Assembly (NCBI GenBank): GCA_964106915.2
Contig: OZ066918.1
DNA from: Podarcis gaigeae
Taxonomy: Eukaryota
Strand: one strand, 5' to 3'
Length of the DNA stretch: 64,000 nucleotides
The position numbers and the translations under genes are program-made. Shown here in pieces: positions 28,051-39,655 of the stretch. Under the pieces are notes generated by a model. The model was given only the letters and a program-made list of their open reading frames with translations, did no database searches and had not been told where the DNA came from. Position 1 is the first letter of the stretch, and every line of letters starts with the position of its first letter.

Positions 28051-29337
28051 TTAAATACCTTACAATGAAGATCATATACTCAAACACATTTTCATTTGAC
28101 TTTTCCTATTGAATGAATGCAAAGAGTGCTTGTGTGGCTGTGTGGGCTACACCAGTTTTCTGCCCCCCCCCCCCCCCCCGCAATATGATGGAGCTCTATG
28201 GACATACATTAGTATGCATGTAGAGCTATTCCATATAAAGGGGAATCTGGCCCAATAACAGGAGATCCTCTTCACCAACAATACTCTCTTAGTAACAGTG
28301 TGGCTTCTGTTTACCAAAATGGGTGAGGTCAGGGTTATGGATACACCAGCAGAGACAATCAGGCATTCCCTATCAGTGCCTGCACACAGCCTGACCTTAT
28401 TGCTTCCTTAACCTGCTTGGTAAGTGGTAGCGATGCTGTGATGGGAGGTTAATGTTGTGGCTCCGCAGCACTATCGCTCCTGTTCTATACCCATACTGAT
28501 GTACATACACAGAGTCCCTTCTCATGCTGATCAAAGATTGGGGGGTGGGGAGGTAGCTATGGCACATTGTCAGAGAGTGGGTTGGGGGTGTCGCTGGCCC
28601 ACATGGCCCCAGCCACATTCTTCCAATTTATGGCTGTGCGTTGTGTGAATTCTCTTGACTTCTCATGTAATAAAAGAAAGAGAAAAATCACAAACATATT
28701 TGTTACTTCAGCTAAACTTTGAATGTGTGGAGTTGAATGTGTGGAATTGCCTTTCTTGTTCAAATTAAGGGGGATGACCCTGCCTGAATTGAGTTCCTAC
28801 TTGGTATTTTATATAACTATGCAGGACTATAACTTTACAAAAAGGACAGAAACAATGTAATTCTTGACACAAAATGCTTGAGGATAATCTGAAGCTACAT
28901 ACAATATAGACTTCCAATGTGTTATTTGGGAGAGGAAGTTTTAATGTTGTGAAGAAACTTAATTGGTCTCTACTTCATTTATCAGCAAACCCGTGTGTGA
29001 AGTAATTTTATAAAATGAATCTGGAAATAATTTATACTACTATGTGGCAAGAGTATAAATAATCCAGTAGCAAGTTTGCTATTCCCTCTTATGCAACTGT
29101 CTACAAACAACTATCATTACAAAGCAAACAGGAATGAATTGCAACATCTAAAGACTTTCAATCTCTGTGTTGACAGCACTGAATACGTTCTGAAAGTTAT
29201 TGTGAAGTGTTACATTCAGGTCCCACCAGCTATTTCCCTGCTTAATTTTATTATTTCCCAGATCATTACTTTTAAGTTACAAACAGTACTCCCATCTGCA
29301 GAATTGTGTGCTGAAGTTGCAAATAAATGCCTCTTAC

Positions 29338-29416
29338 CTGATGTCTCTATGTAGTAATGGGTAATCGCCTTCCAGTGGAAAACAAAGTCTTCTTGCAATG
29401 GAAGGGATGGCGCAAG
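29338..29416 (-). CDS. FHIP2A: FHIP2A exon 2 ([26 protein letters not shown])
   Basis: 79 nt; acceptor ctgcag|CTT; donor CAG|GTAAGA. Confidence 0.96.
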
Positions 29417-29883
29417 CTGCAGGAAAGAAATAAAAAGCAGACAAATGACATTTCCTAAATGTTAGTCTTTAGGAAAACATAGTTGCAAAGATAATAATTT
29501 CAAACAGGGGCGGGGGGGGGGACCATATTCTCTTCTGGGAGGTAGCAAGAGTGGAGAACCTCAGGCTGGAGGCTGAATGTGGCCCTCAGGACTCTTCCTA
29601 GGCCTTGCCCCTTTCTCGCGCCAAACCCTTCACTGGTCCCGCTCTGTGATAATGCCTGGATGGTGAATGGAGTTTGTGTATAGAAACCTCTTGCTTTTGT
29701 GTTGCAAGTGTGACAATGCCATGTCCCACTGCTGACATGAAACTCCCAAAAGGTTCCCCAGTTCTGCATTCTTGCCTTACTGGTACAGAGCCCCTAATGA
29801 GCACCTTTGCCAATAAAGGGTAATTTGAGATTTTTAATCTTTATTATGGTATCACATTATCATTAACAAGAAGAATGTAAAAA

Positions 29884-29970
29884 GATAAGAACAAAGAAAG
29901 AGCTTGTTGGATCATGCCAATGGCCCATCTAGTCCAGCGAACTGTTCTCTCAGTGGCCAACCAGATGCCT
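29884..29970 (-). mobile_element. CR1-type 3' end fragment (second family)
   Basis: ATAAGAAC...TGGATCATGCCAATGGCCCATCTAGTCCAGC...GTGGCCAACCAGATGCC. Confidence 0.6.
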
Positions 29971-31480
29971 GGCTACTTTCTCCCAGCTACCGTAGTAGCC
30001 AATGAGGTAATAAAGTGTGGCTCAAATTCAGTTAGGCCTCCGGGAATGAGGAATGAACAATGGGTGTTGATTAAATGGGGAGTGCACAGTGGACAATGTC
30101 TGGTGTGACAGCTCACCAGCTTTGTAAACTGCCTTGGGTTGCTGTTTTTTTTTTTTTTACAGTCAAGTGGTCTATAAATTTTATGAAATGAATAATTAAA
30201 CTGCCAGCTGACTCCTTGGGAAATTGGCCTTCCTTCTTTCCTGAGAGGGAGTACATACTCCTATTGATGATAATGGGAAAATGGGAATAAACTAACTAGC
30301 TTTTACTAGTTTTCTCTTATTTTTGAATAGTACAAATAATAGCACACCTATTTCTGATCACATATTCTACAATATTTTTGAAACAAAAATAATGGCAGCA
30401 GGATTTAACTTCTGATATTGTAGCAGAATGGCTGCCATTTTAAATAAACTTGACATATGCCTGATTTGATGTTCTCTGTCAACCTTTGGCTGTCAATTCT
30501 GAAAATGGAGAAGTGGCAACACTCCTAGGAGTGACTTGCAAAAAGAAATGAATTATGGAAAGAATAGGCTGTTGGATATTATATTGATATGCTATTGATA
30601 TGCATATACATATTCAAAATGACAAAGGGGAAGCATTGGTATTGCAGTATTATTTAAAAGGAACTCCAAACCAGTTATCATGGTCACTTTAAGCTAGTTA
30701 AAGTCAGACATTTCTGAAATCTGTAAAAATTTCTTAATCTTGATCCTAAACACACTTCCATAGAACTAGAGATTATAGCTTTTGAGGGGATGTATTTTCA
30801 ATTAAGCGGATTTGGGATTGGAGGGTGATATTCAACTATGTCACACACAAAGGAGACCCACTGAAATTAACAGATTTCATAAATAAGTCAATTTATGTAC
30901 ATTGAATCAAGTCACTGACTTAAGCACACCTATACCCACTGAGTTAAATGCATATGATTCCCCCCCCCCCAACATTTGAATCTTTGAAACTGACACAAAC
31001 AGACAGAACTGTGACTACTTTCAGCACTCATCAGCTTCAGAATTAAGACGAAAGACAACATGCAGTGCACCAGGCCAAATGTGCCTTTAAACAAATTCAA
31101 TTTCTCGGAACACAACATCCAATATAGATCAACACTATACCAAAAGCTCTTCTGCAGACCTTGTGAGAAAATGTCAGCAATGAACACCAACAAAAACATA
31201 TGAAACTCAACATCATACTACATTTCATTGACTTCAGCACTGTTTAAAAAGCCAGGGCCAAATTGCAGGCTTTGGCCTGCTTTGTACACACCATGAAATT
31301 AATTTTTTCCACTTGTTTAGCAGTGTGGCACTGCTGGGACCTGACTTGACTTAGAAGACTGCTGATCATGTTGCCTTAGAAGACTGCTGATAGGTTGCCT
31401 ATCATGCCCCTAGCACGGTAAACCAGCAGCTTGCACACATTTAACTTTATATTCAGCTTTACACGCATGGCATAAAATAG

Positions 31481-31481
<1 letters not shown>

Positions 31482-31514
<33 letters not shown>

Positions 31515-31518
31515 TACA
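31482..31518. repeat. (TA)n(CA)n microsatellite
   Basis: Seen directly. Confidence 0.9.
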
Positions 31519-31784
31519 GAGGGTGAAAAGGAGGCAGGGCTCCAGGGGAAATTGTATGCCAATCCTAACCGCCATTGAACCCAATTGGCTTTGATTGTAC
31601 ACAATGTTGGCTTTAGGTGCAATCCCCGGAAAATAATCCTTGTGTAAATTAAGGGCCTACTGTATAACATTCAGGCTGATTTTTTAGGTATACATGTATC
31701 CAACCAAAACAATGAGTTGTATCCAACAGACTCACTAAAACTAACAGAGTTAACTCCATTGACCTTATGCGTTTATTTTGAGTA

Positions 31785-32026
31785 CGGTGGTACCTCGGGT
31801 TAAGTACTTAATTGGTTCCGGAGGTCCATTCTTAACCTGAAATTGTTCTTATCCTGAAGCACCACTTTAGCTAATGGGGCCTCCTGCTGCCACCGCGCCG
31901 CCAGAGCACGATTTCTGTTCTTATCCTGAAGCAAAGTTCTTAACCTGAAGCACTATTTCTGGGTTAGCGGAGTTTGTAACTTGAAGCGTATGTAACCTGA
32001 AGCATATGTAACCTGAGGTACCACTG
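31785..32026. mobile_element. Tc1/mariner-class (pogo/Tigger-like) MITE
   Basis: TA|CGGTGGTACCTC ... GAGGTACCACTG|TA; internal TAACCTGAAG repeats. Confidence 0.9.
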
Positions 32027-33084
32027 TATGTCTTAGTTGGATAAAAGTTCAAAAACTCCTGCAATGAAGTTTTGAGGCTTTACTAATATTTTACCTTGCA
32101 CTATCTAGAATTCTATCAGAAATCAGTAGTATAAAAATTACAAAAAAAGGTTGTGGCCTCACTAGTGAAATCTGTAGAGTATATAATCCACCGTTTCAAA
32201 CATTTAATTACCGGTAATTTGACTAAAATATTTTTTTCCAAGCCAATAACCAATTCTACATTCACAATGTAGCTGCAGCCACTTCTAGCAACCTGAGACG
32301 TGCACCAGCATAATATGCATGCTTGATATATTTACTTTATTAAAAAGATGTACTTGTACTATAGTTTCAGAAGGAGTCCATTGGAAATTAACATTAGGAC
32401 AATAGAGATCTGATGCTGAGAGGCACAGTTGGAGGCAATACAAACTAGGTTTTTATAACTTTTATTGAATAAAATTATTCATTAATAAACATGTGGTTGG
32501 TGTAACACAAATTGAGTGGAATGTTAAAATTTGCCAAGGAGCAAAGAAAGCACTAGAGGCATTATTTTCAATTCGTCTCATAATGCTAACACAATGAATC
32601 ATTAAAGAAAATTAAAGGGCAATGCACCTGCTCAAAGACAAGTCCTACCTTGCACAAACTTATAATCAACCTTTGGAATTTTTTTGCCACAGGTCATAGA
32701 ATCAGCTGGAATAACCTAGTTACTTGATGGAAGGTAGAACAGTAATTATACTGAACTTTTACCCCAAGAGTGGAATTGTGTCGGCATACGAAGTATCTTA
32801 AGTGGACTATTCCATTACTTAGGTGAGGGGTGGTTAACCCATTAACCTTTGGTCAAACCTCTGGGTGGTGCATGCTAATGGTGGGTGTAGCCACCCACCC
32901 TGTCCCCCCTCCACAGCTGATGAAGGGCATTATTGCCCTTTCTATACTCATCAAATGATCAATCTGATGAAAAGTGATTTGCATTGCCATTAAGGCACTG
33001 TGGTGGGCAGAGGCATTTATTATTATTTTACTGTTGTTAGCCGCTCTGAGCCTGGCTTCGGCTGGGGAGGGTGGGATATAAATA

Positions 33085-33086
<2 letters not shown>

Positions 33087-33115
<29 letters not shown>
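33087..33115. repeat. (TAT)n microsatellite at a LINE tail
   Basis: Seen directly. Confidence 0.9.
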
Positions 33116-33117
<2 letters not shown>

Positions 33118-34569
33118 AACCTATCTACCCATACCAGCAGCATGTAAACTTTTTTAAAAAAATCCACTGCCAAAATTAATCAAGTCGGGGGGGGGGGGGA
33201 CGACCAGGGCTGCAGGCAGGAGTTTAGCTGCCCCGATTTAAGCCAAATGACACAGAATATAGTTTTTAATACTGCATGCTAGAAGGCTTAGATAGGCCTC
33301 TCACTGCCCAGCTGGCACAACTGCCATAATGCCTCATGGACAATTGAAAAAATGTCTACTCAACCCTGAAGAATCAAATATTAGGGATGCTAGGTGCAAA
33401 TTGGGGGCAATTTGCAGGGATAACTGGTTTTGATGAGCGATTAGCACAGAGGTACTTTTGTTTATTACCTCAGATACTCCAGAATGCAATCAATCTCTCT
33501 CTCTCCCACTGGATATTCTAGGAAACTGGGGAAAATTTCTCAAAACACATTTATAAAGCTGCAGGAGTGAACACAGGGAATATTTGACTGTTTGGGGCCT
33601 GTTTGCCAGTCCACTGTGGGAGCAGAAGGAGGGAGCAGCTGTGAAGGAAATTTTAATACAAAAGCCCCAGTGAAACTACGCCTAAGGGGATAGAAGGTTA
33701 GGGGGGCATATTTTAGATGTGCCTATAAAACGGAAGGGAAGGACATTATCACTCCCTCTATTTCTGATGTTCAGGCTAGAGTGTCAATGTTTATGTAGCA
33801 AAAACAGCACTACCTCTGCACAAAAGGAAAACATCAGCAAACTCAACTGACATATAGGTTTGCAGGAGTACAAACAATCTGGAGAAAATAACCAAAAGGA
33901 CAAAAAAAAACAAGCCTAAAACACAACTACACATGAATACAGCTTGTATTTAACTCACCAGGTATGTTGTCACAAAAAATCCACTGGCAACAAAAAAAAT
34001 TATACTGGAAATATGCAGCTTCAAAGCTCTTGCTTCCCAGGCAGGAGGCAGCTGTATCAAGCTGTCAGCCTGCCGAATTGGCACCTTCAAGAACCCCCCC
34101 CCTTTGTTCTTGAAAACAGCCTTGGGATTTGGGGTCGTCGTCCCCCCCCCCCGCCTTAATTTTATGTTGTTTACTTTGCATTAGAGCATATTTATTTACA
34201 TCAGAGTTGCAGCATGTGAGGAAACAGAGGAGATACCCCTGCCTCTTCTCCTGGAGCTTCCTACCCCAGCTGGTCAGCAGAAGAGATTGAAGGAGTTGAC
34301 TTACTTCCTCCTCCCTACCAAACAGTTTTCCTTTTGTGTCCATATTTTTTAGATTGTACTAAGTTGGAGGCCAGGGACTGCCATGTATTTATACAGCCGA
34401 TCTGGTAGTCTTTTTATGTCTGAAGAGCAGGGTGATAAAAATAGTTAAATAAATAAAGAGTACTGTACTAAAGTTTCAGTGTATTTTATTACACCTTGTG
34501 TGCGTGCGTATTTGTAGTTGGCCACCCCGAGCACCCTTTGTTGGAAAGACGGCATACAAACTTAACTAG

Positions 34570-35620
34570 GCTCCTGGCTTTCGTTGCGGGGCCCCGACTC
34601 GTGATCGCTCAGAGGCTTCGACTGAGCCAGAAACAGGACACAGCCACGTAACCCGCCCAACCCGGAGACTGGGAGGAAAAGAGCAAACCACTCGGGTCTC
34701 GCCAAGCTCCCGTCCCCTCGTCCTAAGGCAGAAATAAAACTATCCGGCGTTGGAGGGAGGGAAGGAGGGCATGGCAGTTAAAGGGACGAAGCCGGCAGCA
34801 GAGCAAAGCGAGGGGGATCGCGAGGAGGCCCCCCAAAAGCGCGTTCCCCATCTTAGGCCCAACAGGATCCCCGGGCTTGCGTGGCGGGCGCTGCCGGTGG
34901 CCTTACCGCCTCCACGGCGTGCTGCAGGATGGAGGTGAACTTGGAGAACATCCTGTCCCTGGACTGGAGCAGCCTCTGCCGGGAGGATCGCGAGAGCTCC
35001 TCGATCCGCCGCCGCCGCCGCTCCAGGGTGAGGACTGCATGCGGGGGGCCTGGCCGCGGCGATCGGGTCGGCTACCGAAGCGAAGCGGGCCGGCTGCTTC
35101 TCTCCGCTTCTCTTCCCGCTCCCTCGCCTCAGGAGACACCGTGGCGCGGACGGAGAACGACACCCACCGGGGCCGCCCGGAAGCCGAGCGCCTGCCTCTG
35201 CTGGCGCCGCCGCCGCAACTCCCTCTCCTGCCGCCGCCGCTGCTCGGCCTACAGGGGCCGCTGCCTGAGGAGCTGCCTGCGCGTGTCTGGCAGTCAGTCA
35301 GTCAGTCAGGCCTCTGCCGCCGTGTCGGGGGAGGTAGGGGGCGGGGCGGGAAGCTTCCCTCCCCGGGGCCGGATAAAACAACGGAGAGCGGCCCGAAAGG
35401 ATAGAGCGCTGGAGAGGGAGGCGGGCTGAGGAGAAGGGAAGCGAGAAAGAAGAGGGCGAGATTACGAAACCCGCTCTTTGGCCTTTGCCGGGGCCAACCG
35501 AAATGCCACGAAATAGTGAGCAAGTTTTCGAGTTCCTCAGAATTCCTGTTGACGCCGCCTGTCAGACGGGCAGAAGTGAGGAGGAGGCGCAGGATCAGGT
35601 TTCCTCAGGGTCGTGCCCCT
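34570..35620 (-). promoter_or_regulatory. CpG island / promoter and 5'UTR of FHIP2A
   Basis: Very GC- and CpG-rich, CCG runs, GC box GGGGCGGGGC near 35338-35347, spans coding exon 1. Confidence 0.9.
34907..34951 (-). CDS. FHIP2A: FHIP2A coding exon 1 (MFSKFTSILQHAVEA)
   Basis: ATG in context GACAGGATGT (A at -3); 45 nt; donor GCG|GTAAGG. Confidence 0.96.
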
Positions 35621-36389
35621 AACACTTTGCTGCATGCCAGCTCTGCCATGTAAGCCCGCTAAGGCCCAGCCACGAAGCAGAGAGCCAGGGCCCACCCTGC
35701 CGCCTCTGGTATCTGGTGCTGAAGGGTGCTGTGAGGTGCTGGAAGTCGGCCTGCACAAGTTAAGCCAACCTCTGCCCTCCAGTGTAGTGGAGGAGGCTGC
35801 CTCCTCATCACCAGTACCCTGAAGTAAGAGTCAGCCGCCAGTTTGGCCGGCTTCTGTATGTGCGACAGGAACCGCCTCAGTGACAGTGTCATTATGTTGG
35901 CTATGCAATAAACTTCATTTATTTAGAGTTCACCACTGTACTACTAGCTGACTTTATAGCCCCAAGAGAATCTCAACAATTATCACAAGAAGCACGGCGA
36001 GGGATTATGGAAACCGCAGTTCTGCAACCTCTGGAGTCCTGCAGGTTAGCCATCCCGGTTATAAAGAGTTGTAACCACTTGCATTGAACCCTGGTACTGG
36101 CATCAGAAATAGGTATGGTATTCTTATGATGCCAAGATTATTCAAGTGCCATTTCCAGCCCGTTTTCTTTGCCTTCTCTGATGTTGCCCTTTAGCCTCCA
36201 CCTATGAGGGGCTGGGGCTGAGCAGTTGGAACTCAGTCAGCACATGATGGAGGCAAACCTTCCTTTGCTTGATGGTGATGACTGTAGTTGTCACTTTAGA
36301 GACATGACAGTGTCAAGAAATGAGTGACTATGTATATGATTAGTTGATTTTTTAAAAAATTAATTATTGTAATTATGTCCGGTCTGTCA

Positions 36390-36563
36390 TTAAAGGAGGT
36401 GAAGGTGGTGTACATAGTTTTCTTCCCTCCATCTTATTTTCACAACAGCCCTATGAGGTAGGTTAGACTGAGAGTTAGTGACTGGTCAGCTTCATGGCTG
36501 AGTGGGAATTTGAACCCTGGTCTCCAAGGTCCTACTCCAACACTAACCACTACACCACACTGG
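36390..36563 (-). mobile_element. MIR-like CORE SINE
   Basis: CACAACAGCCCTATGAGGTAGG...ACTGAG...GGAATTTGAACCCTGGTCT...AACCACTACACC, the reverse of a tRNA head plus CORE domain. Confidence 0.65.
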
Positions 36564-37386
36564 TAGTATTACAATATAATTGAAATACTTGATTAATCTT
36601 TGCTCAGTTTTGCGCTTCCAGGTGGATAAGAAAGAATCAAAGCATGCTTAGTGAACTCCTTTCAAGAACCAGCTACCCACTGAATTCCTTTCAAGAAACA
36701 ACTACCCACTCTGAATTTAAAAGGCAAAGTGCCAGAGAAACACTCAGCTTTCAGTTTTGCATTTGCAACACTACAGTTTTCTAAGTGTATTAGTGTGATT
36801 GCTGTGTCAAAGAAGATTTATTTGCCATTCAAGCTTCCATAGCTCACAAAGTGTAGGTAATGGAAAAAATCTTCAACATGGAGGTTGCGTCCATAGGATG
36901 TCCCTGAGGAAGAATTATCCCAGGATTTCCCAAGCTCTGTGGGAGACTCCAAAAGGGGAGTCTGCCATTGAGGACTGGCAAACAAACCAGTCAGGGAAGG
37001 AAGTGAGCTGAATTTGCTTCCAGATATTGCCTTAGTCAAAATTGTGACCAGGTGATGCTATCACATAGCTCAGATTTGGATATCCTGTGGCCCTCCTTAT
37101 ATTGTTGTCCTCCATTTCCCAGCAGCCCCAGCTTGCTTGGTCAAGGGACAAGGATTGCTCCAACAACTATCTCTGAAGTAGGTGCTGCTGCATTGGTAAT
37201 GTGGAGAGTAGGGAGGGCACACTTGGGAAGTTACAAAGTTGGAGACTACCTCACATTCCATAGGGAAAATCCAGATCCTTCAGTCAAGATGTACATTCCA
37301 GGGTTGAAAAAGGAGAGAAGTAAAAGGCCTGTCATGTCTGCATTACCTTAGCAAGAGAACACTGCCATTTTTCAAACATTACAGTA

Positions 37387-37612
37387 CAGTGGTACCTTGG
37401 GTTACATACGCTTCAGGTTACAGACTCTGCTAACCCAGAAATAGTGCTTCAGGTTAAGAACTTTGCTTCAGGATGAGAACAGAAATCGTGCTCCGGCAGC
37501 GTGGCAGCAGCAGGAGGCCCCATTAGCTAAAGTGGTGCTTCAGGTTAAGAACAGTTTCAGGTTAAGTACGGACCTCCGGAACGAATTAAGTACTTAACCC
37601 GAGGTACCACTG
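37387..37612. mobile_element. Tc1/mariner-class MITE, same family as 31785-32026, opposite orientation
   Basis: TA|CAGTGGTACCTT ... GAGGTACCACTG|TA; reverse complement aligns with the 31785 copy. Confidence 0.9.
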
Positions 37613-39364
37613 TATTGATTTTGCTCCCCTTATTTTTAGTGTGAACATTTATTTGTGTTTATATTCCCAAGGTCTCAGGGCGACAAATTAGTGTTTTGTA
37701 TTATATAAAAATGTTGTTAAATATCACACTAGAAACATACTGAAGACAGGGATATTCATTGGCCCATCGTTGTCACTAGAGGCACAGTTTGCCACTGTGT
37801 CTCAGAAACCTTCCAGCCTAGGTACACCAGTCCTTACTTGGGGAGCGATAGTCTTACTTCAGTGATCGGTGTCCTGATAGCCTCCCATTTAGATCACTGT
37901 ATCACTTTTTTTATGTGGGTACCTTTGAAAATGGCCCAGAAACTTTGGTTGCTACAAAATATGACTGCAATATTGCTAACTTAGATGGGCTGTTGCACTA
38001 TTTTCTTTGTTAATGGTTTTTGCTCTGTTTTGAGGTCCAATTCAAAGTACTGGTGTTGACTTTTAAGGCCTTTTACAGCATTGGTCCTTTGTAACTGAAT
38101 GATTGTCTTTCCCACATGTGACTTCTCAGATGCTGATATCTTGATCTAAAGTCCTTCTTTGAATGTCCATTCAAGTGAGGTACAATAGGTGATTATGTGA
38201 CAGAAAAGGCCTCAGTAGTGTTGCTAACACCTTCCATAGAGAGATTGCAGCAATTCTGATATCTTACCTTCCACTGAAAACATTTTTGTTTTGCCAAGCA
38301 TTTTTATAGAATTTGATTTATTTGGTCATTTGTCCTGTGTTTTATGATCTTATCATTTTAGGCTTTAATTATTTAATTGTATGGTGGTTTTAAAATATTA
38401 TTTCCAAATAAGCAAATATGTTAGCTGGAGGGTCCACCCCTTTTAAATGTTTTGATCCTATCTAGTGTTTAAATTCTGAGTTGTGTTTTCTTTTCCTTTT
38501 TTAAAAAAACCAGTTATTTAATCCTGTAATCCACCCAGACAACATTTTGTTAGCAGGTGGCATATGAAGCACAAATTCTATACCAGCCAACCAGCTAGTC
38601 AAAAGAATAATAATTTTCAATCCTGAAAACTTGATTGTGAAGGGGAATGAATGGCATGATGTGAGATAAACACTGGAGAAGCAGATGATCATTTGCTTCA
38701 GTCATTTGCTCTGAATGCCCCTTAGTGTGGCACACTTAATTCCCTCCTACTCTCTGCTTGTGATTTATTGTCATAGGGATTAGTTAATCTGTAGAGATCT
38801 GATATGTGGAGGGGGATACTGCCTTGGGATGTGGGGGTTGTATATAACTTTTTGTTCTTTCACTCTTAGGATTCAATTATTCCCTAAATGCTGGGAAGCA
38901 GAGACCCTGAGGCCAGTGTTCATTGTCACACTTCATCATTCTGTGGAGTGCACCTGCAACTCACTCTTGTGATGAAAAGCATCATATCCGCAGGACTCAT
39001 TACCGGACTTGTCCAAGGATGTGGCTCAGCATGTCCATCTAATGAACAAGAAAGGCATAAATCCTTCCAATATTACACTTTTAATCATGGGAGTGACTTT
39101 TGGGTGCAATCCTCAGAATGAAAATGGTATTTTTAGAATATGAAGGCTATACAGTACAGGGACCAGAACTGAACCATAGAGCACAATATTATTATTAAAC
39201 TGTTGCTGCCACTCCTCCCAGTCCACTCTGTAAACTATAAAACATAACACTGAAGTGCAGTACTAGTCATCAGGTACTCTTATCCGTGTAAAATACTTTT
39301 GCCACAATTCTGGGTATAGCACCATCTACAGGTTTGCAATAATATGCTATACTGTACTATACTG

Positions 39365-39655
39365 TGGGACTTGACATCTTTCCGCAGGGCCTGCAAGACA
39401 GAGCTGTTCCGCCTGGCCTTGGTTTGGACACAGTCTGACGCTTATGTTTCCCTCCCCTTATGGTTTTGATTTATGGGCTACTATTAAAATGAGGCTGCAT
39501 TTTAAATCGTATTTAAACCCGTATTTTAACCCATATTTTAATTAACTGTCCCCCCCATTATGTTTTACTGTAATTTTATTGGTATTAGCCACCCTAAGCC
39601 CAGTTCTGGCTGGGGAGGGTGGGGTATAAATAAGAAGTTATTATTATTTTATTAT
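39365..39655 (+). mobile_element. LINE (L2-like) 3' fragment
   Basis: GGCCTGCAAGACAGAGCTGTTCCGCCTGGCCTT...GGCTGGGGAGGGTGGGGTATAAATAA followed by TAT repeats; a short tail of the same family is at 33033-33115. Confidence 0.6.

Noticed and set aside
31350-31400. Short tandem duplications (also 20669-20710 and 57159-57192) as CRISPR-like or functional arrays
   Set aside because: Only two units each with no spacers; ordinary slippage duplications in a eukaryotic genome.
32917-32945. CTGATGA followed by a hairpin as a hammerhead ribozyme
   Set aside because: No GAAA after the stem and no stem I/III; it sits in a decayed repeat.
34877-35429. 175- and 182-aa plus-strand ORFs over the FHIP2A promoter
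   Set aside because: Stop-poor CpG-island artefacts antisense to exon 1, with no recognisable domain.
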